A DNA stretch of 63,795 bases, filler included, from Octopus bimaculoides (taxonomy: Eukaryota), in NCBI RefSeq assembly GCF_001194135.2. It is 9 parts of 9 records of this genome, joined end to end, with 100 filler letters (N's around TTAATTAATTAA, not from the genome) between each part and the next. Parts side by side here need not be neighbours in the genome. Positions count along the whole stretch, not along the records: positions 1 to 16,630 come from NC_068994.1; 8 more parts are not named here. One strand, written 5' to 3'. The position numbers were made by a program, and so were the translations under genes. Numbering within the stretch: the stretch's first letter is position 1; each line of letters opens with the position of its first letter. The notes below the pieces were generated by a model. It was given only the letters and a program-made list of their open reading frames with translations, did no database searches and was not told where the DNA came from. Below are positions 1 through 11,119 of this stretch, piece by piece.

Positions 1-294
1 GTTGGTAAGTTTTCCTAAGTTACTCCAATCCAGATCCCCAATGCAAACCTTCAGATCAACCTTCTCCTATGTAGATCTCTAATGCAACTTTAAAAAAACA
101 GTCAATGAGTGGAAATAACCAATAAACTGATTCCTTATGGGATTTCCCAATCAAATTGCCAGAAAACCATTTTCAGCCAAACCAATTTCAACGGATTTCG
201 CTCAAATCTGATGTTACTTATTTTGGTTTGAAATAAAGCACTTGATCACTTAATAATCCTAGCTTAATCCAGGGGCGCCGGGCTATACTGCTAG
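1..294 (+). mobile_element. Non-autonomous Helitron-like repeat, 3' part
   Basis: Ends in a GC-rich imperfect hairpin (CCAGGGGCGCCGGG, 269-282), then CTATACTG-CTAG|T, the Helitron 3' signature. A second diverged copy lies at 33640-34128. Confidence 0.6.
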
Positions 295-535
295 TATATA
301 TATATATAATGGACTAATACAACCAAGTAGCAGCACATTTACTTACTTAATTTAACATTGGCATATTTATATCTATATTTGCAACTGCAGTAACGCTTAT
401 ATTTACAATGCTTACCTTACTCTCACCCCCAGTAGAGGCAACAATCATAACTTGCTTGAATGATGATAGATTAAAAACGAGAGCAACTGTTATGACATAT
501 CTGGTATCAAACAATCATGGAAACCTTCTTTTCAG

Positions 536-3500
536 GTGCTGAATAACATCTCACTTTCCCATGTTCCCTCCCACATCACTTTCCCCGTTTTCAGAATTGG
601 CACTGTAAATGTAGGCACATTGAAATGTAGGTCTAACGAGATTGTAGAGATGCTTGAAAGGAGGCATGTTGATGTATGTTGCATCCAAAAGGTCACGTGG
701 AGAGGAGCTTCAGCCAGGTTCCTCACAGGCAAGACACATATAAAATGTTCAGGGAAGGTAACAGTGATGGAGTAGGTGGTGTGAGTACACTCCTAGCTGA
801 GAAATGGGTGGATAAGGTCATGGAGGTAGTTAGAGTATGCGATAGAGTACTTAAGCTCAGGCTAGTCTTGCAGAATAGTATTGCTACAATTATATCTGCT
901 TATGCTCCACAAGCGGGCCTACCAAACGAACAGAAGGACCACTTTCATGATATTCTTCTGCAAGCTACCTCCAAGACAAGTGACAATGATCTCATCTTCA
1001 TGGCTGAGGATTTCAATGGGCATGTCAGACAGCAGCCTGGTATCTGCCATGCTGTTATTGGGGGAGGGGGGGCATGGAATTGGTTACCGATACAAAGAGG
1101 AAAAACGGTTACTGGAGTTCTGTGATGCGAATAACTTTTTGATCTGCAACACCAACTTTAGGAAGCCAGCCAACCACCTGATAATCTATCAATCAGGTGA
1201 CTCTGCAAGCCAGATAAATTTCATTCTCACGAGAATTCGTGGGATGCATGGTTGCTCTTAAATGCAAAGACTTTCCCTGGTGAAGAATGTCCCCCTAACA
1301 TAGACTAGTCATTAGCAACTCCAGGCCAGAACGATGCCAAGAAGCAGACTTATCTGGAAAAGAAGGATTTGGAAGCTTAAGGACCCTTCATATGGTTAGA
1401 GATTTAGGAACATCCTAATTGAGAAATTTGAGGACAGGGAGGAGCAGCTACAAACGTTTGACACAGAAAGCAACTGGGAATTCCGGCAGTACAGCTTACT
1501 GAGTGCCACAAATCAAATCTGTGGTTGGTGCAAAGTCCATTTCAGACCCAAGGTAACATGGTGGTGGAACAATACTGTAGACAGGACCATTAGAGCAAAG
1601 AAACAACCCTGGAAGGCCTGGAAGAGTGGGGGCAGCATGGAACTGTATCAGATAGCCAGAAGGGAAACTAGGGGACAAGTATATCTAGCCAAGGGAGAAA
1701 GAGAAAAGAACAAGTTTGCCTACAAACAGAACCATGAGGACCAACAGACTGAAGTATTTTGGATTGCAAGACAACGTGCAAGAGAAAATTGTGATGTCAT
1801 AGGAGAGAAATGTGTTCGCACTTGCTTATAATGAGTTTGCAAAGAAAGAGGCTTGGAGATGCCATTATGAAAGACTGCTGAATGTGGAGAATGAATGGGA
1901 GGAGCAGAGTCTGCCATATGTTGGCCCAACTGAGAGACCAGCTATCCAAATTGATAGTACCCTGGTAGATAAAACAATTAAGGATATGAAGAAAGGAAAG
2001 CCCCCAGCCTATCAGGAATCACCGATGAGATTCTTAAAATATCTGGCAGTGTGTGTTATGGTCTCGTCACCAATATTGTAAATCAGGTGGTTCATGAAGG
2101 AGTCATACCCATTGACTGGCGTAGCAGCACTATAGTCAACTGCTACAAGGGTAAAGGTGATGTCTTAGATAGAAATAATTACAGAGGTATCAAACTGTTG
2201 GATCAGGTGATGGAAGTTGAGGAGAGAGTCATAGCCCAACTAATCAGGGAGAGAGTTAGTCTAGATGAGATGCAGTTTGGGTTTGTGCCAGGGAGAAGCA
2301 TCACTGATGCTATATTTCTGGTAAGGCAACTGCAGGAGAAATACCTAGCCAAAGGTAAACCTCTGTACTTGGCTTCTGATGACTTGGAGGAAGCTTTTGA
2401 TAAAGTCCCCTGATCCCTTATCTGGCAGTCAATGCGGAAACTAGGGATAGACAAGTGGTTGGTGAGACCTGTACAAGCCTTGTACAAGGACGCTACCAGT
2501 AAGGTGAGGGTGGGCAACAAGTACAGCGAAGAATTCAGGGTAGAAGTAGGGGTTCACCAAGGATCAATCCTCAGCTCCCACTTGTTCATCATAGTCCTCC
2601 AGGTAATAACAGAAGAATTCAAGACAGGCTGCTTCTGGGACTTCCTCTATGCCGATGACCTTGCACTTATAGCTGAATCACTACCTGAGCTAGAGAAGAA
2701 GATCCAGGTATGGAAACAAGGTCTAGAATCAAAGGGCCTTAGAGTTAACCTCGCAAAAACCAAAGTTATAGTAAGTAGGAAAGCAGACAAATCACAAATC
2801 CATTCAGGTAGATGACCCTGCTCGGTCTCTAGAAAAGGTGTCGGTAGAATCTCCATAAGATGCACCCAGTGTAAGCTTTGGACACACAAAAGGTGCAGGA
2901 ATATCAAAGGAGGGTTAACACAGAAACTAAATTTTGTATGTTGAAGGTGCACACGCATAATAAATGCTGAACGTGTGGAAAATAGACTCCATCAACTACC
3001 AGAAAGGCAAGCTAGATGTAGTAGATAGCTTCCAGTATCTAAGCGATCAGGTTAGTAGTGGAGGTGGTTGTTCTGAGAGCATAGCTGTGAGAATAAGATT
3101 AAGCTGGGCAAAGTTCATAGAGCTCCTACCCTTGCTGGCAACAAAAGGCCTCTCTCTCAGAATGAAAGGCAGATTGTTTGATGCGCATGTGCGAACAGCT
3201 ATGCTGCATGGCAGTGAAACATGGGCTATAACAGCCAAGGACATGTGTAAGCTTGAGAGAAATGAAGCCAGTATGCTTTGCTGGATGTGCAATGTCAGTG
3301 TGCATGTTCAACAGAGTGTAAGCATCTTAAGAGAAAAGCTAGGCATAAGAGGAAGCAGATGTACTGGTATGGTCATGTGATGCATATGGACGAGGGCAGT
3401 TGTGTAAAGAAGTGCTGATCTCTAACTGTGGAGAGAACCTGTGGTAGAGGTAGACACAGGAAGACATGGGACGAGGTGGTGAAGCATGACCTTCAAATTT

Positions 3501-4010
3501 GAACAATGACTAGTGACTGAGACCTTTGGCGATGTGCTCTGCTGAAGAGGAACCATCAAGCCAAGTGCACCTGTGCTGGTGGAACGTAAAAAAAAAATAA
3601 ACCTTTCAATGTTGGGCCTTACAGAGGCAAAGTGGCTGAGTTCCTTTTGAGCGTTAGGCCTCATGGAGGCAAAGTGACTGAGTTCCTTTTGAGTGTTGGA
3701 ACTCACATAGGCGAGGTGACTGAGTTCCTACCAAGTGGGCCTTGCGGAAGTGAGGTGGCTGAGTTCCCTTCGAGCATTGGACCTCATGGAGGCATACCAA
3801 GACCTCTGTTGTGCTTGAGAAGAAGACCCATCAAGCCGAACAAAATCACAGTTGTAGCAGATACTGGCGTCACGCAAATGGTACCCGTGCCGGTAGCACA
3901 TAAAAGCACCCATTACTCTCTTGGACTGGTGCAGCCTTGTAGCATGCCAGCCCTGGTCAAACCATCCAACCCATGCCAGCATGGACAACAGATGTTAAAT
4001 GATGATGAAT
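536..4010 (+). mobile_element. RTE-clade LINE, near full length but frameshifted (APE endonuclease + RT + PHD insertion + repeat-containing 3' UTR)
   Basis: APE motifs RIGTVNVGTL, IISAYAPQ, DFNGHV. RT motifs NYRGIKLL, QFGFVPGRS, DLEEAFDKVP, GVHQGSILS, LYADDL. C-terminal LHGSETW. 3' tail CCAACCCATGCCAGCATGG...GTTAAATGATGATG. Many stops and frameshifts. Confidence 0.93.
3626..3794 (+). repeat. ~42-bp minisatellite (4 units) in RTE 3' UTR
   Basis: Units start at 3626, 3668, 3710 and ~3749, consensus GGCAAAGTGRCTGAGTTCCTTT...CCTCATGGA. Confidence 0.85.
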
Positions 4011-4059
4011 GATCTTCCACTTCTGTGATCATATCTTGAATTTCCTGAATACTTTACAC

Positions 4060-4704
4060 AATTGAATAATTCACTCAAACCTCAACAATATAGAATGGAA
4101 AAATCTAATTTAACTGCAAAACAACAAAAAACTGACAATCAAAGAACCAATAAAGGAAGTGCTGCAGTTCTGATGGACTCAGAATACAAAACTCTAGGAC
4201 TGTCCATGTTACAAAACAATACCTTCTACAAAAAAGTTGAAAACTATAAACAACAAAAAACAATAAAAAATCTTGCATCCTTAATTCATCTACATGTAAA
4301 AGTCTGACAGAAAAAAAATAGATTATACCACAAATTTTAAATGTAAACCTAGTCTTTTCAATGGCCTAATACACAAGAGCCAGATGATTAATGAAGCCTG
4401 CAAACAATCACCAGGCATATACATCAATATCCAAGCACTAGAAGATTTAAGGCTAAGACCTATTATAGTTGGCCCAGTATGTGAAACTCACTGCTTAAGC
4501 AACTTTCTAGATATTCTACCTCTTTTGAAATATATCAAAAGTTTCTTTAGAGATGGTCTAGATATGCTAAACCACCTACCAACAACAATTAATGAAGAGA
4601 CAATCATGGTTTCCTTCGATGTTGTGGCTGGAAAATTATCCTGAAGGACTTCCAGAGTGCATGAACCAGGATTTTATTATTAAAACTTTAAAATTTGTCC
4701 TCCA
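4060..4704 (+). mobile_element. Penelope-like element RT fragment (non-Naiad; Neptune/Poseidon-like)
   Basis: Frameshifted translation NKGSAAVLMD, LIHKS, LRLRPIIVGPVCETHCLSNFLDIL, SFFRDGLDMLNHLP, MVSFDV, WLENYPEGLP...FIIKTLKFVL. Clade assignment is from motif recall only. Confidence 0.75.
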
Positions 4705-4991
4705 GGAATTGTTCACTGTACTCGTTTCCAACCCTCACCTTACTGACAGCGTCCCTGTACATGGCTTGCACAGCTCTCACTAACAATTCATCTATCCCTA
4801 GTTTCTTCATTGACCACCAGATAAGGGATTAGGAGACCCTGTCGAAAGCTTTCTCCATGTCAACAAAAGCCAGGTACAGAGGTTTATCTTTGGCTAGGTA
4901 TTTCTTCTGCAGCTGTCTTACCAGATATATAGCATCAGTGGTCCTTTTTCCTGGCACAAACCCAAACTGCATCTTGTCTAGACTGACCCTC
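4705..4991 (-). mobile_element. RTE RT fragment, same family as 536-4010, inverted
   Basis: Reverse complement aligns to ~2260-2540 (QFGFVPG...QLQKKYLAK...DMEKAFDRV). Confidence 0.88.
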
Positions 4992-5265
4992 TACCTAGTA
5001 TATTGGATATTTATTATCCCTTAGATGGTTGCCTAACCTCTAACTCATATATACTTAATTACATACACACACACACAGATATATGTTTGTATGTATGTCT
5101 ATGAACATATGTATGTGTGTGTGCATATATATATCTATCTATCTATATATATAAAGCAAATTTTAGAGGTAATACTTGATAATTGTAAGCACCTGTATAT
5201 GCCAGATAGTGGCGGAGGTGAAAGAATAAATTAAAATCGTAAAATTAAAACAGAACACAAAGGAT

Positions 5266-5370
5266 TCCACGGTACACATGTTTCAAGCTTTATACACTAA
5301 CAGTCGTTGCATCATTATATGGGTATATAATTGATAGACAGGATGGTATAAAGCTATCTTCAGCCGCAAA
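5266..5370 (-). ncRNA. Type I hammerhead ribozyme, family A (left arm)
   Basis: Exact reverse complement of 10880-10984. Confidence 0.8.
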
Positions 5371-8300
5371 TATATTCTTTCCCAAGAATTATATCACAAA
5401 GAAGAAATCACCAAGAAAAAAGAAAAAGAGAGAGAAACTGGAGAGAGAAACAGGAGAGAGAAAAAGGGGAAGTCCACTTGGTATTATCCATTATAATATC
5501 CATTGTAATATGTTTATCCTTTAAGTTGATACATTTACATAAAAGTTCATCGGTATTCCAAAATCTGTCNNNNNNNNNNNNNNNNNNNNNNNNNNNNNNN
5601 NNNNNNNNNNNNNNNNNNNNNNNNNNNNNNNNNNNNNNNNNNNNNNNNNNNNNNNNNNNNNNNNNNNNNNNNNNNNNNNNNNNNNNNNNNNNNNNNNNNN
5701 NNNNNNNNNNNNNNNNNNNNNNNNNNNNNNNNNNNNNNNNNNNNNNNNNNNNNNNNNNNNNNNNNNNNNNNNNNNNNNNNNNNNNNNNNNNNNNNNNNNN
5801 NNNNNNNNNNNNNNNNNNNNNNNNNNNNNNNNNNNNNNNNNNNNNNNNNNNNNNNNNNNNNNNNNNNNNNNNNNNNNNNNNNNNNNNNNNNNNNNNNNNN
5901 NNNNNNNNNNNNNNNNNNNNNNNNNNNNNNNNNNNNNNNNNNNNNNNNNNNNNNNNNNNNNNNNNNNNNNNNNNNNNNNNNNNNNNNNNNNNNNNNNNNN
6001 NNNNNNNNNNNNNNNNNNNNNNNNNNNNNNNNNNNNNNNNNNNNNNNNNNNNNNNNNNNNNNNNNNNNNNNNNNNNNNNNNNNNNNNNNNNNNNNNNNNN
6101 NNNNNNNNNNNNNNNNNNNNNNNNNNNNNNNNNNNNNNNNNNNNNNNNNNNNNNNNNNNNNNNNNNNNNNNNNNNNNNNNNNNNNNNNNNNNNNNNNNNN
6201 NNNNNNNNNNNNNNNNNNNATGATATCCTTTTGGTGAGTGGTCAGTTTAGCCAAAGTACATCACTACAACTTAAGTATGCGAACTTATCTATTATGTTGG
6301 TACATACACTTATCTAGAGGATAAAAAGATGATGGAAGTGGTAAATGGTAATTAGAACATATTAAAAACCAAAACAATGAATAATTAGAAAATGTAAAAA
6401 AAGGTTAGAAAAATATAGAAAATATAAAGGGGAAAACTAGGGTTGGAAGTTAAAAATTCAAAATACAGAGTATTGGGAACACCTCAACTGTTGCACTAGA
6501 AAACTTCGAAAAAGATATCCTTGAATTTATCGAAAGAATTAAACTCAGAAAACATAGAACTATTAGTAACAACCACTTGAAGAAACTAAAGCAATTTTTA
6601 AACTCACTAAAAAATGAAGATAGTCTAATCATTCCTGCTGACAAAACCGGTAACTGGTATAAATTAGACTATAACACATATAGATCACTAATAATTAAGG
6701 AGCTCCATAGAAAATATAAAGTTACACCAACAGATAACCTCATACAAACCAACAGCAAAATCAAAGAAGTTATGACCAAGCTAGATCTACTAGAAAGGAC
6801 CGAAGCTCTCATCCCCCAGGAACCTTGGATTAGCATTAAGGACCATAAAAAAGGATTCCCAGAGAACATAGAAGTGAGGCTAATATGCCCAACTAGGTCA
6901 GACATAGGCAGACTGAGTAAGACAATTCTAGACGGAGTAATCCCCGAATTAAATCTCACATCCCACTCAACATATGGGTTAATACTGAGGATGTTCTAAA
7001 ATGGTTCAACTCTATCTAGTGTAAGAAAAACTTTTCATTCATACAATTCGACATATCGAATTACTATGCAAGCATCTCTCCTATCCTAATGAATAAGTCC
7101 CTAATTTATGCCCGTAACCTCTCCTTTATAGATAGAGAAAAAATTGATATCATACTCTTAGCTAGGAAAACAATAATTGAATTCGAGGGTAAACTTTGGA
7201 CCAGGTCGGACACCCCTGATAACTTCAATGTGGCTATGGGCTCGAGTGACTCAGCTCAGGTAACTGACTTAGTCAGAGCCTTTCTACTTAAGAGGCTATT
7301 CTCAGAGGTACCAGACCTTCAGAGACGACGCACTATTCATATACCCTACCAATAGCAAAAGTACCCTAGAAAGAATTAGGAAAAAGATTAGGCATTTCTT
7401 TAAATCTTTTAATCTAAAACTTCAATTTATGACTAACTCTAAGATTGTTAATTTTTTAGATGCTACACTAGACTTAGATAAAGGACTTCACTACCAGTAC
7501 AGAAAGCCAGAAGAAACTACTAGTTACATTAGCACACTTTCCAATCACCCCCCCCCCCCNNNNNNNNNNNNNNNNNNNNNNNNNNNNNNNNNNNNNNNNN
7601 NNNNNNNNNNNNNNNNNNNNNNNNNNNNNNNNNNNNNNNNNNNNNNNCGGACAGACTAACTAAATTATCCTCGAATGAAAACATTTTTAAAGATCATGCC
7701 CAACATTACAATCAAGCCCTCTCTAACGCTGGGTACTCCCAGAAAATATCTTTTGTTAAAAAGTTAAATTGTAAACGGCCTAAAACATCATCCATGAGCA
7801 TAAACCCATCATGTAATCAAATTAGTAAATCTAGAATTAATCCCCTAGATGGTGGTATAGAAAATAAGTCGAATAAAAACAAAAAGAAAAGAACAGATAC
7901 AACCAGTACTAATACAAATAGGCATAGGATCGAAAAGCATAAAGAAAAAAATCGTACCAATAATAGTTCACATAGAGAAAACCCTAACAATAGAAATAGT
8001 AATAGAAATAGAAGAATTACTAAACAGAGTAACAATAAATTATGCAACTACATATGGTATAACATATACAATGTAGCGGTCACAGGTAAATTATGTAAGA
8101 AAATGTTTTCAGTTATATCAAAGAACTTTCCACCCACTCACAAATATAACAGTATCCTCTCCACTAAAACTATTAGAATCTCATATTCAACCCTCCCTAA
8201 TAATGAAATGCCTTATACCTAAACATAATAAAACCAAAATAAAAAAATCTAGATTAAGAATAAATAGTAATTATCAGCCTAACACAGATAATCCAAGAAC

Positions 8301-10879
8301 CTCTACTGATAGTATACAAACTAATATTCCTGAAAATTTTAACATTGTTGATAATGCTAGTAATAATAATAATTATAATGACAACAACAATATTAGGCCA
8401 TATAACCATACCCAAATAGCAAATCACAGTACAATAGATGAATCACTAAACCTAGACCCAACACAGGATAGCGGCACACCTTATAGTACTTCCACGTTAA
8501 TTAATGATACTGCTACTAATAATAGAATATCCAACTCCACCTCTAATAGTAATCACGATAATAATTATACAAGCCAAAATTCCAATATAACTAATAATAT
8601 TGCTGATAGAAATGATAAATATAGTACCAGTGTTAACAGCAGAATGAATAGAGATGGTGAAGCTTCGAACAACCCAAATAGAGGTAACAACAATAATAGT
8701 AACAACAATGTAGGCGTAAACCCTAACCACCTGAGAACTAACAAAGATAACAACCCTATAAGCAGTTACCCCCCAAATGCAAGCATAAGACAGCCTAGCA
8801 ACTATAAAATCGGGTGCAATTGTGTAACACCATCAACATGTCCTTTACGTGGAAACTGCCTAGCAAAAAACGTAGTATACTCTTGTGAAATAATTACGGA
8901 AACAAACACTCTCACCTACCTTGGAAATCTAGGTTCTATAACCACAGGTCATCATTTAGACTCAGACATAAGGATAATAGCATCTCATTATCTCGTAGAA
9001 TTTGGGAACTTAAAGACGATAACATTAACTTTAACCTTAGATGGTCCATAGTTGGATTGGCCGCAACGTATAGAGCTAATAGAAATGGTTGCCAGTTATG
9101 TTCCTTAGAACTATTGAAAATCATTAGATTCCCTGATAAGAACAAGCTAATTAATAAGAGATCAGATTTTAAACCATCTTGTATACATAAAATGATTAAA
9201 ACCTTTAGATACTATAATCCCTAAGACCCCTCTTTTAAGTTATAATGACTTCTAAATCTTCTCTCATTAGTAACTCCCGCGTCAGATCCTTCCTGCCACC
9301 ATTCAGACATTGAATTAACGAAGCCCGTACTCTACCCCCAACTTAACTATTTACCTTTATTATTCAGTTTACCCTCGCATAGCTAGATTCTGACCCCATA
9401 ATATACACACATATTTAATAACCCGGGATCCACAATCCCACCTTTACAGGATAATTTTTAAACCTTTCAGTCACTGACTCGAAGATTTCGAATGATACTA
9501 CAATACACAAAGGTAACATTAAATAGCACTCATTACTGCAATGTTTTTATAATAATATTATACTAGTATTAACCCAGACTCCTTTATATTCATACACCAA
9601 TACCCAATGATTAAAACACGATTATAGTAGTAGTTTCACTATGCCATTTAATTTACACAAATAGATAAGCCGTAACTTCCCCAATCACAATATTTTTCTA
9701 ATCAATGTACCTTTTCAAACCACTATGTTTTTTATTTTTATTTTTATTATTGTTATTGGTGTTGTTATTTTTTATTACTATTACATTATGTAATACATTA
9801 TTACTATTATATTATATTACTACGGTTGAAGTGTTCCCAATACTCTGTATTTTGAATTTTTAACTTCCAACCCTAGTTTTCCCCTTTATATTTTCTATAT
9901 TTTTCTAACCTTTTTTTACATTTTCTAATTATTCATTGTTTTGGTTTTTAATATGTTCTAATTACCATTTACCACTTCCATCATCTTTTTATCCTCTAGA
10001 TAAGTGTATGTACCAACATAATAGATAAGTTCGCATACTTAAGTTGTAGTGATGTACTTTGGCTAAACTGACCACNNNNNNNNNNCAACATAATAGATAA
10101 GTTCGCATACTTAAGTTGTAGTGATGTACTTTGGCTAAACTGACCACTCACCAAAAGGATATCATATTTCTAGTTTACTCTAACTTGACATTATTTATGA
10201 CCCCCCCCCCACTAGTCTTGACCAAGACAGCATCATATATGCTGTCATTTACAAACTCATCCCTTTACATCTCTTTATCTCTTTATCTATCTTTATTTCT
10301 TTTTATTTCTCTTTTTCTACTTTTAGATTTTTTCTTATCCCCCTTCTCTTTACTTCTGTTATTTCTTTTATTTTCTATTTCTTCTCTTTATTTATCCAAT
10401 TTCTTTGTGTTTTCTTTTACCACCTCTCTCCAACCCTTCTAAATCTTTTATATGCATCTTACTTTAGTATCCGGATTTTTTCTTATTTTTTATTATATTA
10501 CCCCCCCCCCTCCTCCCCGATTTGACTTCTATTATTTTTGTATTAATATTTGTATATTTTATATTGTTTTCTTCGTATTTTATATTGTTTTAACCTCCAA
10601 CTTCTTTCTTTTTTGAACCCTCTCCTTCTATCTCATATACACTAGTTATGTTTTATTTATCATTCACTCTACCCTGAATTGTGGCACAATATGGACAGAT
10701 TTTGGAATACCGATGAACTTTTATGTAAATGTATCAACTTAAAGGATAAACATATTACAATGGATATTATAATGGATAATACCAAGTGGACTTCTCCTGT
10801 TTCTCTCTCCTGTTTCTCTCTCTTTTTCTTTTTTCTTGGTGATTTCTTCTTTGTGATATAATTCTTGGGAAAGAATATA

Positions 10880-10984
10880 TTTGCGGCTGAAGATAGCTTT
10901 ATACCATCCTGTCTATCAATTATATACCCATATAATGATGCAACGACTGTTAGTGTATAAAGCTTGAAACATGTGTACCGTGGA
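10880..10984 (+). ncRNA. Type I hammerhead ribozyme, family A (right arm)
   Basis: Stem I TTTGCGG/CCGTGGA (with G-U pairs); core CTGAAGA 10887-10893; stem II AGCTTTATAC 10895-10904 / GTATAAAGCT 10955-10964 after a U-U opposition; GAAA 10966-10969; stem III AC/GT closing ATGT; GUA cleavage triplet 10975-10977. Confidence 0.8.
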
Positions 10985-11030
10985 ATCCTTTGTGTTCTGT
11001 TTTAATTTTACGATTTTAATTTTATCTATA

Positions 11031-11075
<45 letters not shown>

Positions 11076-11119
11076 GTATGGATGTATGTCTGTCTATGAA
11101 CATTTGTATGTTTGTGTGC

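Larger units (their letters stand above)
5228..11022 (+). mobile_element. Naiad-type Penelope-like element, 5'-truncated, flanked by ~1.2-kb inverted pseudo-LTR arms (5228-6488 and 9825-11022)
   Basis: ORF remnants ~6488-9224: LENFEKDI, IPADKTGNWYK, IKDHKKGF...VRLICPTRSDIG, QFDISNYYAS, MGSSDSAQVTDLV, RDDAL, VNFLDATLDL, SNHPP, CNC..CPLRGNCL, VVY..YLG, RFYNH, CQLC..E, INKRSD...CIHK. The arms are near-identical reverse complements. Confidence 0.9.

Noticed and set aside
3626-3794. CRISPR-like array
   Set aside because: Tandem degenerate units without unique spacers, eukaryotic context, no cas genes.
6330-6488. Possible ORF start (FKIQSIGNTST) inside the left inverted arm
   Set aside because: Stops lie immediately upstream and no Naiad N-terminal RMRWKA-type motif is present. 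5' truncation fused to an inverted 3' UTR is simpler.
10014-10148. 62-bp direct duplication across an 11-N gap
   Set aside because: Typical unmerged contig overlap (assembly artefact).
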